The position numbers and the translations under genes were made by a program. Of a DNA stretch of 64,000 nucleotides, positions 24,500 to 37,334 are shown one piece after another. Each line of letters opens with the position of its first letter. Position 1 is the first letter of the stretch. Origin of the DNA: Carcharhinus longimanus (taxonomy: Eukaryota); NCBI GenBank assembly GCA_030264375.1, contig JASCQW010000099.1, forward strand, positions 43,178,417 to 43,242,416, written 5' to 3'. Under the pieces are notes generated by a model. The model was not told where the DNA came from. It was given only the letters and a program-made list of their open reading frames with translations, and ran no database searches.

Positions 24500-25870
24500 G
24501 GGTTGATGCTGCTATCCCACTGCTGGGTGCACTGTAAAAAGCCATTCAGGAGGCCCATCAGGCACAGTTTCCATCTACAAAGCAGCAGCAGTATCAGATT
24601 CTGAGCTGGTGGCTGAGCGTGTGAGATCGAGTGACAATGTTTCACCTTCATCAAAGCCTTGGTCTTCTGTTTTAACAACCCTGCCTGTCCAGATGGGAGC
24701 TCTTGAGTATCTGAAAGGGGAAAAGCACACTGATTAGATCGGGGTAAGAGGTGTGGTCAGGCACCATGTGATTCCAAGCTAATAACTTGATAGCCCCCAA
24801 AAATGAAATTAGGGGAGATTATTGGCTGAGGGGGGAAGTGAGCTGTGGGAAGGTGAATGAGGTAAGAACATTACTTTTTCCACTATCTTCTGTGGTCTTA
24901 GCCCTGCAGGTGGCACAGATCTCAGTGACAATCAGTCAAATGATGGGAGCTCTGTCTCCTTCAGTGGGGTGAAGACATGCAGGTTATGTGTGCCACCCAT
25001 CAGCTAGCAACTGCTGCCCCTCCCTTTGGTTGCAATGGCATCTTGTCCGGCAAGAGAGAAAGAAGTATGCCAGTGAATGTGGTGCAATGGGCAGAATTTT
25101 CCAGCCCTGCCAGTCACTGGGATTGTCCAGTCCTGCTGAATATCCTGCCCAATGTGGCTGTGATGCTGGGATAGCTGGCAGTGTGTGTAAGGTATGAGAT
25201 TTGGGTGTGAGTCGTGTAACTGTGTGACAGCGAGGTGAGCTCTGGGCTGTGTTTGATCAAGATTGTAGATGTGGCTGTGGTATCTGGGGCAGCGTATGAG
25301 GTCAGTGATTCTGTTGCAAGGATATGGTATTTGTAAATTAATTCACTGACCTTGATCGCTTGTGTGATGTTGTTGAACTTCTTGTGGCATTGTACTCGGG
25401 TGGCAGTGTTATCTGCTCCCTTCTAGGCGTTTGTCTGGAGGTATCCTGTCCTCCTGTGGATACAGGATACCTCTGCTCCTGTTGGCCTTCACCAGGGTCT
25501 TGAGTGATGCATCAGAAAGGCTGGGAGGCTGCTCTCTGCCGTGTAGCACCATCCATTATTCATGTAAGCCTGAAACTGTTTTAAAATGACTTTCAGTGCT
25601 TGCTACAGACAGAATCCACTTGCCCCTAAAGCAGTGCAGTTTGGCTTTAAGTACTGCCACCTAGCTTCATGTGGTGCTGGTCTGTCAGGAACCTGGCCCC
25701 ACGCTGAGGTATGCAATCACTCAACAGTGCTCGACTGCTTGACTGCATTCCAAATCTTCTACATTAGCATGCAGGCACCATTAGGTTTGCATGCTGCTTG
25801 CTGTACTTTGAGCAGATGTGGGGAAAGCATACATTGTTGTCATATTGCTCATTTTTGGGGGCTATCAAGT
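24500..25870 (-). pseudogene. Second Harbinger Myb/SANT-like gene relic
   Basis: Exon 25552-25351 reads REQPPSLSDASLKTLV...ILYPQ...QCHKKFNNITQAIK then GTCAGT donor; downstream LHVFTPLKE-type motif near 24950-25045. Confidence 0.7.
25089..25150. mobile_element. 62-bp mini-MITE with 3-bp TSD
   Basis: AAT|GGGCAGAATTTTC...GAATATCCTGCCC|AAT. Confidence 0.75.
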
Positions 25871-25888
25871 TATTAGCTTGGAATCATG

Positions 25889-26509
25889 AGGCTGGATTTT
25901 ACTTGCAGCCGTGGACCCCATGCTTATGACAAAGGTCAGAGGGGAGCCAGTCCATGACCCCGGAGCTGGGATTAATTGCTTTACAGCAAGTCTTCCACCT
26001 CTGTTTCAGGTTCCACCTTCGGCTGCAGACAGCTGATCAGATGGCTGGGAGATCTATATTGGCACTGACGTCAGTCTGGAATGGTGGCCACTGCTGGGAT
26101 GACAGGTAGTTCCACCATGCCTCAGAGTCCAAGTAAATCTGGGGTCAGGGGGCTCAGTGATGGGTACGAGGGCTAGGTTTCAAGATGCTGGGGGAAGATT
26201 AAAGGGGGCACCTCTGATGGGCCAAAACATCCAGAAATGAAGTCCTCTTCCTCACCTGGCACCAGCCCACTCCCAATACATGGGTCTCCACGGTCCTGCT
26301 ATGGGTAAAATATTGTCTGGGGTGGGATGAGGCTGTTAAGTAGCCATTAATGGTCATTTGCAGGCATCAATAGGCTCAAACGCAATGCCTCCTCCACACT
26401 GTATAAAATTTCAGATGGGTCTGGGGGACAATGGGGTGGGGTGTGTGAATAAGTGTTGAGAAGACAGCTAGCTAGATTTTACATGCACCCTGCCTTCAAA
26501 ATCCAGACC
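25889..26509. mobile_element. Harbinger-type MITE with 3-bp TSD
   Basis: ATG|AGGCTGGATTTT...AAAATCCAGACC|ATG. Confidence 0.7.
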
Positions 26510-26754
26510 ATGCACTTGGTTATGTGCTGTATCTGATGCCCCTTTACAGGTGGCTACTCGTGCCATGGCAGTGGACATCTGTGCAAAGGCTTGAAACATC
26601 AGGTGGAACATTCCCACTCATGTAGAACCAGGTCTGGTAATGGAACTGACAGCAACAGTTAGAAATCTTGTATCAGGCAGCTCGCCAACACATCCCTGCC
26701 TCCGAGCAATCTTACTGGAGGCAGGGATTGTCCGCCACTGGCCACCTGCCATTG

Positions 26755-27330
26755 AAAGAAAAACAAATAGGAGTAGGCGTAGGCCATTCAGCCCCTCAAC
26801 CCTTCTCCACCCTTCAATAAGATAATGGCTGACCTGACTGACTTGACTCCAGTTTTTCACCTGTTTCCCCCATTCTCTTTGTCTCCCTTATTGATCAAAA
26901 ATGTGTCTGGCTTAACCCTGAATATATTCAATGACCAACCTCTGCAGCTCCCTGGAGAAGAGAACTCTAAAGATTAACACTAGGGATGGGCAATAAATGC
27001 TGGCCAGCTAGTGATGCCCCTCTCCCACAAATGGATTAAAAACAACTCTTGAGTGATGAAATCCCTCCCCCTCCATCTTAATTGGTTTTAAACTGTACCC
27101 CGTAGTTCTAGGTTTCTGCATAATGGTAAACATCCTGTCTGCATCTACCCTGTCAAACCCCATCAGAATCTTTTAAGTTTCAGTAAGATCACCTCTTATT
27201 CTTCTGAACTCCATTGAATAAAACTCCAGCCTTCTTGACCTTTCCTTGTTAGACAACCTCTTTCATCCCAAGAAACATCTGGTGAACCTTCTCTGAACTG
27301 TCTCTAAATAATGCAAGTATGTTTCTCCTT
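26755..27330 (-). mobile_element. CR1 LINE 3' end with a short family-C tail insert at ~26980-27040
   Basis: GGAGTAGGCGTAGGCCATTCAGCCCCTCAA tail; AAGATCACCTCTTATTCTTCTGAACTCC corresponds to minus-strand EFRRIRGDL. Confidence 0.8.
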
Positions 27331-27344
27331 TATAATCTCTCTGT

Positions 27345-29400
27345 TCAGGCACCATGCTCGCAGAGGGCATTGGGAGCCTTGAACCTCAGTGTTAATCTTG
27401 CGTCATTGGGAGTACGTTCATTCAGTGTGAGGTTCTGTAAAAAGATCGCCCTTTGTATACCTTGATCTCTTTCACTGTTGATCCTTCCCATCAGCATCAA
27501 ACTTTCTAAATCATGATTTGTTATTATGTGCCCAAGGAATTCCAACTGGCTCTTCCTCATTTTGGTCAGCAAAGTCCTTCTGGTCTCAGATTTTACCAGC
27601 ACCTTTTTGTTGGTAATGTGACTTGTCTAAGATTCATGAGGCCATTAAATATTCACTAATGGCCACTTGAGGGCATCAATCTTCATTACTCTCATCAGAC
27701 ACAACAACTCTGCCGCCTCAATTCTCCTTTGCATTTCTTTAGTGATTGTCAAAATTGTTGCATTCCAGGATTCTCAACTTTGCTTTCACGACTAATTTTG
27801 AGTTGATTGTAAATCTTTTTCATTTTCTGAAATGCATCTTTAGCCATTCCAATCCTTCTTCACCTTTATCTCTTAGTCACACTTTCCATCTGATGTTAAC
27901 ACACTTCCGAGGTAATAAAATTTGTCTTTGCATACTTCACTGTGACCTTACATCCGGCATGATTTTCTTTAAGGACACTACTGGGCATTTTGTTTTCTTA
28001 CACTTTATCCTCAGTCTTTCTTCTCATTTTCACCCACTAGCTTCTGTTCAGAGTTGGCAATGAAAATGGTGTCATTGGCGAAACTTGCATTAAAGTTGTA
28101 ACCTCCAACTGGGATTTCAATCTCGCTAACAATATTTTCACAATACGAATTGAATAAATCTGAACAGAAAGCACACCTCGGTTTGATCCGTCTTTTAATC
28201 TTCACAACATTGTTTAGGTCATTCTCACCTTTTACAGCTGCAGTTTGTTCCCAATAAAGATTTCTTATCACTCTAAGACCCTTCCATCAAGGTCAGGAGA
28301 CTCTAACATTCTCATCAGTTCTTCATGTTTCACCTTATCAAATGTCTCACTGTAATGAATAAATCACATGAATCCATCCTTTTTTATCCCTGTGACTCTT
28401 TCTGATAGAATCCATACCATTAAGGTAGCATTTCTCATCCTGCATCATCTACAGGACCAGATTGAAGAACTGAAATTTCTGCCTTTCCTTTCCTCCTGGC
28501 CTTATTCATCAATACTGTACTCAAAAGTTCATTCAATTACTCCTGATTTTTTTAGGGAGTGCAATAAATATTGATTTACTTAAATCTTCTAGGACTTGCC
28601 TCAAGTCAGAAACTTTATTAAAGATGAGAGCCAGATTGTCTATTCCAAAGTCTTCCGAACTTTTTAATTTGTTTGGTGACTATACCCATCTGAGTCTTTG
28701 GCTTTTTTTAATCTTATTTATTACTGCTCTTGCCTTGTCTTTCACAATCTTTGGATGATTTGTGTTTTTTCTTAATTGTTGGCTTTTCTTCCTGTCTGTA
28801 GTCTTCAAATAAATTTTATACATATTCACTCCATCTTGCAAGCACTTGATAACTTTCAGCACAATGTTCCCACCTTTCCCTTTGATGCATCCATCAGATG
28901 TACAGCCTATTTTCCTACGATTTCCCTATTCTCTTTATGCATTGCTTGCAAGTCTGTGTTTTTACGTCTTTCTGTTCCTCGACGTTTTTTTGTTCAAACG
29001 GTACATAACACTGTAGGTGTGGTCTCACTAATGTCCTGTAGAATATGTGGATATGACTTCCCTATTTTTATACTCCATCCCCCTTGTATTTGCTTTTCTA
29101 ATTGCTTGCTGCACCTGCATGCTGACTTATTATTCATGTATGAAAACGCCAGGTTCAACAGAATTGCAGAACTCTTTAGTGTTTCTCCATTTAAATATTA
29201 TTCTGCTTTCCAATTTTTCCCATCCAAGTGGACATGGTTCAAAGTCATCATTGTGCTGATGATCACCTTTCAGTTTACAGAATGCCCCAATGAGAGTATT
29301 ATTTGCCACGTGGTTGTGATATCTAACTCTCACAATGTATCTGGCAGGCTCCCATCTTTCCATCTTCAGTGGACAGGCACTCCACAACTTGATTGATTTC
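27345..29400 (-). mobile_element. RTE-clade LINE, decayed
   Basis: IRNLYWEQTAAVK...IKRRIKPRCAFCSDLFNSYCE (RTE consensus-like IKRGVRQGCVLSPDLFNLYSE); KMRKSQLEFLGHI...LESLMLMGRI. Confidence 0.85.
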
Positions 29401-30373
29401 CAACATGTCTACAGTCAGTGCATCTATGATGGGAGATCATACCAAGTACTCAATTGCAGGTGGTTTGGTCTGAGGAGTATGTTGCAACAAATGCCTGTAA
29501 AAGTGAGCAGTTTGGCATGTGAAGATGGCAAGTCACTCATCTTTTCTGCCGTGAGGTCATTGAAATCCTTTGACACCACAACCAGGATCGCGGGACCACG
29601 GTCCTGCTGCTCACCTCCTCCACAAATGCCAGCTACGCCTCTTTGGCAGACACTGGCCTCTTTCTCCAACTGCTGGAGATAAGATATCTCTTACTGCCGG
29701 TCCCTTTACTTCCAGAGGTGCCTTTGAGAATCAGAGGGCAATCTCTCCGCATTGGCACTCCATCGTTAAAAGTTCTGCTTGTGTGTTTGGAGAATGGATG
29801 AATTGTAATCCCTGCCAGGTTATCTTTGCATAGAAATCCTTTGACAGTCAGTGTGAGTTGGGCTAAAAAGCAATAGCAAAGTGCGTTTGAAGGACTTTCA
29901 GATTTTGGATCTATTGCTGACCTCCCCTGTTGTGAGTGGCTCTCAGTGTTAAAATTCGGCCCAATATTCCCACCATATGTTTATCCTCTATAATTAGACA
30001 TCCTCCATCATCACTGATTAATCCTATCCTCTCTTTAATTATTCTTTTACATTTTTATACGTCAAAGTCCTCTTAAATTATTCACTAGTCTTTCTCCACT
30101 TCCACTTTAATTCCACCTAATCTCTCTTTCCACCTCCATAGTCCACTTAATGTATTCCCCATGATTGTCTTTGGCATTGTTAACCTAATTTTAATGATAT
30201 ACCTCCCTTTAGAACTTCAGTTCACTTTTAATATAGTTTATAGTTTTAAAGTTTATTTATTAGTGTCACAGGTAGGCTTAAATTAACATTATAATGAAGT
30301 TACTGTGATCACTATGTATTTATGGAACTCTATAATTTGATGCATGCATTTTTCCCTGAATAGAAATATATTT

Positions 30374-30650
30374 CATAGAATCCCTACAGTGCAGAAGGCG
30401 GCCATTCGGCCCATCAAGTCTTCACTGATCACAATCCCACCCTATCCCCTCAACCACGCACATTTATCCTAGCTAGTCCCCTTGAAATTAAGGGGCAGTT
30501 TTGCTGTCCAATCTATCTAATCAGCACATCTTTCAGACTGTGTGAGAAAACTGGACCACCTAGAGGAAATCCACGCAGACACAAGTAAAACTCCAAACAG
30601 ACAGTGACCCAAGCCGGGAATCGAACCTGCATTCATTGTGCCACCATGCT
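30374..30650 (-). mobile_element. HE1-type V-SINE
   Basis: CATAGAATCCCTACAGTGCAGAAGGCGGCCATTCGGCCC tail and V-core. Confidence 0.85.
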
Positions 30651-30829
30651 GCTTCTTTTTTATTCTGTACTTTACCCCATTGTTAAAGTATTCCCACTGT
30701 TTAGCTATTGAACAAATTGCTTCCTTTGCTGAAGTTATTTTGGTTCACATCCCTTTGTACTTCACTGAACTTTACTTTTATTTCCTATTCATCAATACCT
30801 CTATTTGACTCTTCGCAACACCCTTTCAC

Positions 30830-31265
30830 ATAGGACTTAGGAACAGACTATTTGCTCCTTTAAACCTGCTTCACCACTTTTCTGTCTTCCACCCCATAAC
30901 CACAGTCATTCTGGTCCATCAAAAATCTGTCTAACCCAGCTTTGAATCTGTCCATTGACCCAGCCTTCATTGCTTTCTGGGGAGGGGAATTCCACAGAAC
31001 CTCAGACAAAAGAAAATTCTCCTCACCTCAGCCTTAAAATGGAGACCTCCTATTCTTAAAATGTGTTCCTTAGTTCTAGTCTCCCCATCAAATGGAAATA
31101 TCCTTCCAGTACCCACTCTATCAAGTTCCCTCAGGATCTTTAATGTTTCAACAGAATGGCCTCTCATTTCTCAAAATTCCAATCTGTAAAGCTCGTTCAG
31201 CCTTTCTTCATAGGATAAGCCTTCATCCCAGGAATGTGTCCAGTGAATCTTCCCATACTGCTGCC
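30830..31265 (-). mobile_element. CR1 LINE 3' end
   Basis: LKILRELDRV...IFPFDGETRTKEHILRIGG.HFKAEVRRIFF. Confidence 0.8.
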
Positions 31266-31389
31266 TACACAATCCCTTTCCCTTTGTTGGTGACCTCCAG
31301 ATCTTTCTTTAAGGACTGTTGGTTAAGCATTAGAAGAAACTGAAGTGATCAGAGCATGTCCATCACTGACTTTTAGAGCAAGATTGTAA

Positions 31390-31766
31390 AACAGTCATTT
31401 GGTTTCTCATTAGCACAAGCAAGGGCCCCAATGGCTATTCAACATGGCTGCCAGAGTACCTCAATATTGGCCATTGCTACAATTGTGATGCATGAGATTA
31501 TTATGTTTTGGGATTGTGTATCTAATTTAGGGTAACATGAGGGAGGTCAGGTGACCTGCAAAATCTGCCTGACAGCAAGTCTGGATGGTTTAATTGTCAG
31601 AGATTAAGGGGGACAAGATTGTTTTTACTGGGAAGGAGGTGCAAGCGGTTTATACTTGGAGATAATGGCAGCAGCATGTGTGCTAACAGTGGCTAGATTG
31701 TGAGTCTCAAATGTACCAGGGAAGTGTTGAGAATGTTGAGCTGTAAACAGTTATGTTTTAAACTAT
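31390..31766 (+). repeat. Unclassified ~375-bp repeat, copy 1
   Basis: Collinear direct match to 39461-39842, e.g. CAAGTCTGGATGGTTTAATTGTCAGAGATTAA and GGGGGACAAGATTGTTTTTACTGGGAAG. Confidence 0.85.
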
Positions 31767-32070
31767 CCAATTACTTCCAAAATGAAAGAGTTGGGCTCAA
31801 GGATAGCTAATCAGCAATTCTATCTGGATATAAGGTCCATGTGATTCATCTTGCCATGTTAATGTTTAATCAATTTAGTCTGTTTGTTACAGTAAAATAC
31901 TATAAAATTTACAGTCTTAAAATGTGAAGTCTTGTCATGTTATCCATTCAAGATACCTGGAAGTTTAAATTTATTTTTATCAGTCTCTACAGGGATACCA
32001 TGCAATATGGCAGTGGGTACACTTTCAAACCCAAGACTATGCAGCAAACCTAGTTGTTTTGTACCCACTC

Positions 32071-32982
32071 TGTTATGATCCCTTTGTTTTTGAAAATGTG
32101 ATTTTTCAACTTTTAATTGAAAGTTTTACAGTTTGAACTGAGAGCAAACTGCTTTAAAATGCAAGACCACATTTCAAGGTGAAGGTAAGAAATCAAAATG
32201 ACCTTCAAAAGAGTGAAGAAAGAGACATTTCCTATAATCCAAGTGCTCATCGAAACCTGTAACTGTCTAAGGAAGATACATTATAAATGCAAAGTACTGG
32301 CTATTGAAACAATGGCTGCTAGCAGACAGACAAACTCAAAGCCTCTTGGAAATACACAATATTAAAGTATTTCAAGGCAAGGCTGCCAGTCAGTACAGAG
32401 AGATTGCAAGTGATGTAGATAGCATCCAAAGTGTCTTCGGCAGAGAAAACAAACTAAGGGATGCTCTCTCTGCCTCTCAGAATTAGCATGCCATCCTGTT
32501 CAAGATGTTAGTTTATCAGAAACTCACCAGCAAACAGATCTCATAATTGCTACATCTTCTACATCTAACCACATCTAAGAAAGCTGCTAACCTAAATCAG
32601 TGACAACATCTAAAATCTGCACCTGAATAACATCCAAAGAACACCTAACCGTACATTCTTTTACCTTTTTTATTGACTTTAACTCCCCTTATTGCTAATC
32701 TGTGCACGTGCATGTTGGCCTTACGAAATGTATGAGGGCTGAATGCCAGACACCATCTTTTTATTAGTTTCCCTGGGATTAACGGTTAATAAATTTGCTC
32801 TCTTTGACTCAAGAAAACTGTATTTGATTGGTTCCTTTTGGCTCACAGCTTAAATAGTTAAACACAATCTGATTTGTAAAAGACATATCCTCATGAAAAA
32901 AGAAACTTAAATTTTTGCTGTGACTAATCAAGGAGGTTGAATAGAGGGGAACCAGTTCACTCCTTCTCACCTGGTCAAAACA
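32071..32982 (+). mobile_element. Probable solo LTR
   Basis: Starts TGTTATGATCCC, has AATAAA at ~32788 and ends CTCACCTGGTCAAAACA (TG...CA). No clean TSD seen. Confidence 0.5.
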
Positions 32983-33799
32983 TCAGATATAATCTGATTA
33001 ACATCAGAAATAATCCAAAAAATAAATTCCCCATTTCTGCCACATTCATTTATTAACAACACCCTGAAGAGCATGATACAGAAACATCTCCCCCTCTCTG
33101 ATACCAGAGACTTGGCTAATGATTGCTTAAGAATGGAGATCCTCTGTTTCAGCAATGCAATTTTCTGACAGTTAATGTTAATATACTGCCCCTGGAATCA
33201 TTGAAAATCTATGATGTCTCATATATATTGCACATCACACAAATCATGAGGGTTCCCTGGATAACTATTCCTTTCTGTTTAATTTAATAAATCTGAATCA
33301 TGTATACCTGAACTCCCGCTGGCACCAAATTCTTGCAAAAATCACTCTTCTTATTTAGTTCACACCAGGCATTCATTTTAAGAAAATGATTGGAAAAAAA
33401 ATATTCATGATCAATGTCAGCTCAAGGCTGAATGGCCTCTAAGGCTGAAATCCCACTGAGGCTAAACTCTACATTCTCCTGGTTTCTTGGGCTCCACTCA
33501 TTTCTCACAGTTGGAGATACATCGCAGGCTTCTCTCTGGACAGCAAATGCCTGAAGATAATAAATATGTATGGGTCTTCCATCAGAACTGTAGCCCTGCC
33601 ATGAAAGGTAGGTAGTGTAAAAGTTGTATCTACAGCAGATAGGCCAATGGAACTTATCCTGCCTATTTGTTGTTTACTATTGGATAACACAGTGACAGGC
33701 AGTTTAAAAGTGGGAAATTGCCAGCTAAAATTACAGAAAAATAGATATAAATAATGCTGAAAAAATGAACAGAGCGTGCCCATTACTGATTTTTGGAAT

Positions 33800-34165
33800 T
33801 TTTTTTCATTCATTCATGGGATGTGTGTGTCGCTGGCTGGCCATCATTTATTGCCCATCCTGAGTAGCCCTTGGAGAGCAGTTGAAAGTCAACCACATTG
33901 CTGTGGCTCTGGAGTCACATGTAGGCCAGACCGGGTAAGGACAGCAGATTTCCTTCCCTAAAAGACATTAGTGAACCAGATAGATTTTTCCGACAATCAA
34001 CGATGCTTTCATGGTTATCAGTAGATTCTTAGTTTCAGATTTTTCTTTTGAATTCAAATTTCGCTATCTACCGTGGCTGGATTCAAACCCAGGTCCCCAG
34101 AACATTACCCTGGGTCTCTGGATTACTATTCCAGAGATGATACCACTGAGCCACCATCTCCCCTA
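33800..34165 (-). mobile_element. SINE family C, full length
   Basis: Head GGGGAGATGGTGGCTCAGTGGTA, B-box-like GGTTTGAATCC, core and tail present. Confidence 0.88.
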
Positions 34166-34489
34166 AAATATTGAATTGTCTCTGGAGCAAATGGACATTC
34201 TGAGGTTATGAATGGATCTGTATCGCTGCATGCCCTGCCTCCCCACCCCAATTCCCAACTCCATTCCCCTACATTTTGCTGATTGGATCACAAGTTGGAG
34301 TCAATCAATCTGGTTATTTGGAGATGGCTGGAGAAAGCTTTTCATTTCTCCAGTGCTTTGCCATGGTGCATCTCAAATATTATGGACATTTTGCCTTGAA
34401 TTTTACTGGCACACCCGCCTCAGCTCCGGGAGTGGGCGAAGCTCGGGGAGAGGTACTCTCTACTGGCGGGATTGTATGACACTCGCTAG

Positions 34490-34803
34490 AGCACTACTGC
34501 CTCACAGTGCAAGGGACCCAGGTTCAATCTGAGCCTCGGGTCACTGTCTGTGTGGAGTTTGCATGTTCTCCCCATGTCTGCGTGGGTTTCTTTTGGGTGC
34601 TCCAGTTACCTCCCACAGTCCAGAGGTGTACAGATTAGGTGAACTGGCCATGCTAAATTGTCCCTTAGTGTCAGGGACATTAGTGGAGTGAGTATTGGAG
34701 TTATGGCGCAAGGCCTGGGTGAGCTTGTTGTTGGTGCAATTATGGCCAGTGCTGACCTGATGGGCTGAATGGCCTCCTTCTGCACTGTAGGGATTCTATG
34801 ATT
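34490..34803 (+). mobile_element. HE1-type V-SINE
   Basis: V-core TGTGGAGTTTGCATGTTCTCCCCATGTCTGCGTGGG; tail GGCCTCCTTCTGCACTGTAGGGATTCTATG. Confidence 0.9.
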
Positions 34804-35322
34804 CCAAATTTTTGACACAGTATGGCAATAATAAAAGGAACATGAAGGATCTTGGGTTTTGCAAACTCTAGATACCGTGCACAAATGACAAGGGATGATG
34901 GAGTTTTCACTGGTTCGACCCCTCTTGATAGGATTGGGTAAGATACAGGGCATTGTTGACTCTGAGGCTTTGGAGCGAGGTCAGCGAAGTATGACTGACG
35001 TTGGTGCATTTGAAAATTGATTTAAGAGAGGAGGCTGCAGAAACTGGATAGCAGGAAGATGGAAATTGGACCCCCAAATCTTCCTGTACCCCTCACTGCC
35101 TCCCCCTCAAGTGGCAACATTGATCTGTGAAGACCAGACTTGAGCAGAATGTTGCGCTTTTTCTGAGTTTGTAGTTTTGGTATCGAAGCATCAGTCATTG
35201 TTAAATCCCGTCAAGTTGGATCCTGGATTGAACAAACTTGACAGGTAGTTTTGGCAAAGAGTGACGATGACACAGAGCCCATGCCTGGAATGGTTTATTT
35301 AACAAGTGTTCTTACTCTGCAG

Positions 35323-35424
35323 GAACCCTACAGGAAGTCCAGCGGAAAAGAACCTATGGCCCGAGCACAAGTTGATCAAAAAAGTCACCAATCCAACTTC
35401 CATTCAGGATGCGTTAACAGAAGG
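35323..35424 (+). other. Candidate internal exon (102 nt), host gene unknown
   Basis: Acceptor GTTCTTACTCTGCAG, donor AGG|GTGAGT, length divisible by 3, two open frames; lies in non-repeat sequence. Confidence 0.4.
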
Positions 35425-35677
35425 GTGAGTGGGATCTGATTACTCAAACTCAATGAACTAATGTGTAGCAGAGGTGATGCTAAACTGCTTCATCAGTCCC
35501 CCATGTCTTAATGCAGGGCTACATTGACACTGGCTTAGTGTGTGGATGGGATTTTTCTGTTGCAGGTCGATAGGATCCTGATTGTAGATTCTGATTTGCA
35601 AATGGAATTTGCCTCAACATATTCCAGAGATGAAGCATTCTGGATTTAGGTGTGGCTTACGTTTTTTTTTTATAAAA

Positions 35678-35968
35678 TGTATTTATTAGTGTCACAAAAG
35701 TGACATTAACGCTGCAATGAAGTCATTATGAAAATCCCCTAGTCGCCACACTCCGCTGCCTGTTTGGGTACAAGGAGGGAGAATTTAGCATGGCCAATAC
35801 ACCTAACCAGCACGTCTTTCCAACTGTGGAAGGAAACCGGAGCACCCGGAGGAATCCAACGTATCTATGGGGGACCGTGCAGACTCCACACAGTCGTCTA
35901 AGCTGGGAATCAAACCCGGGTTCCTGCCATTGTGAGGCAGCAGTGCTAACCACTGTACCACCATGCCA
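35678..35968 (-). mobile_element. V-SINE subfamily B, abutting an opposite-strand SINE head at 35970-36045
   Basis: Tail B, V-core and head, followed by TTAGCACTGCTGCCTCACAGTGCCAGGGACCCGG on plus. Confidence 0.88.
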
Positions 35969-36221
35969 CTTTAGCACTGCTGCCTCACAGTGCCAGGGAC
36001 CCGGATTCAATTCTAGCCTCAGCTGAGTGTGTGGAGTTTGGATCCTCTGCCCCATTCCTCATCGCTCCTAACCCTGCAAAGGCTGGTATACCTGAAGCAC
36101 AGCCTCTTCATCACTATGTTGTAAATCACTGAGAATATATCTTGATACTTCAAGGCATATGAGGTTTCATTAAAGAGTTAATCTCATCTTCTGAAAGGCA
36201 ATTAGAGGTGGGCAATAGATG

Positions 36222-36525
36222 TTTTAAGTTTATTTATTATTGACACAAGTAGACTTACATTTAACACTGCAACAAAATCACTGTGAAAATCCCCTAGTCA
36301 CCACACTCCAGCACCTATTTGGGTACACTAAGGGAGAATTTAGCATGGCCAATGGACCTAACCAACACGCCTTTTGGACTGTGGGAAGAAACCAGAGCAT
36401 CTGGAGAAAACCCACACAGACACGGAGAGAATGTGCAGAGTCCGCACAGACAGTGACCCAAGCCAGGAATCTAACCTGGGTCTCTGGCGCTGTGAGGCAG
36501 CAGTGCTAACCCTACTGTGCCACCC
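36222..36525 (-). mobile_element. V-SINE subfamily B
   Basis: Tail B, V-core and tRNA-like head present. Confidence 0.88.
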
Positions 36526-36854
36526 CTATTGGAGCTGGACTGGGCCTCGCGAACATGTTCTGATCGATTTGAGTTATTTTGAGTTATTGTGGAGTTAGTT
36601 TGCTCTCGTCTGAGGAATGAAATTAGCTTCCACCTGCCTGATTCTCATCCCTTTTGGAGTCACATTGGATGGATTTTGTAAGAGGCAGAAGCTTGACGTA
36701 GCCACGCCTTCCTATGTTCATTTTTATCAGACTGGACAGTACTTAGCTGTCAGTCCAACGACCCTGTATCCTGCCTCCAATATTTTTATAATGGAACATT
36801 TAAAGATAAGGAAAATCTTGCATAATATTTTTAAACATCCTTCACAGAAGTTTC

Positions 36855-37185
36855 ATTGAATCCCTACAGTACAGAAGAGGCCATTCAGTTCATCGAGTCT
36901 GTACCAAGTCTCTGACAGAGTATCTTACCAGGTCCTATCTCCCACCCTATCCCCGTAACCCCACATATTTACCATGGCTAATCCATCTAACTGACACAAC
37001 TTTGGACACTAAGGGGAAACTTAGCATGGCCAATCCAACTAACCTGCACATCTTTGGACTGTAGAAGGAAACCAGAGCACCCAGAGGAAACTCACGCAGA
37101 CACAGGGAAAACATGCAAATGCCACACAGACAGTGAAACTTGGGTCCCTGGTGCTGTGAGGCAGTAATGCTAACCACTGTGTCAC
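36855..37185 (-). mobile_element. HE1-type V-SINE
   Basis: GAATCCCTACAGTACAGAAGAGGCCATTC tail, V-core and head. Confidence 0.88.
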
Positions 37186-37334
37186 TGTTTCTGATGACTC
37201 TCTGCTAATTTTGCTTGTAGCAATGTATTCAGGACATTAATCTATAATTCCTGGACATTGCAGAGTTCTGAATCCCAATCTAACTGCCAGCCTCGAGGAG
37301 GGAAGACCTTACTGCGCTATTCTGACACTTCACA

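Noticed and set aside
28776-29396. 206-aa plus-strand ORF
   Set aside because: It is the antisense shadow of the RTE LINE.
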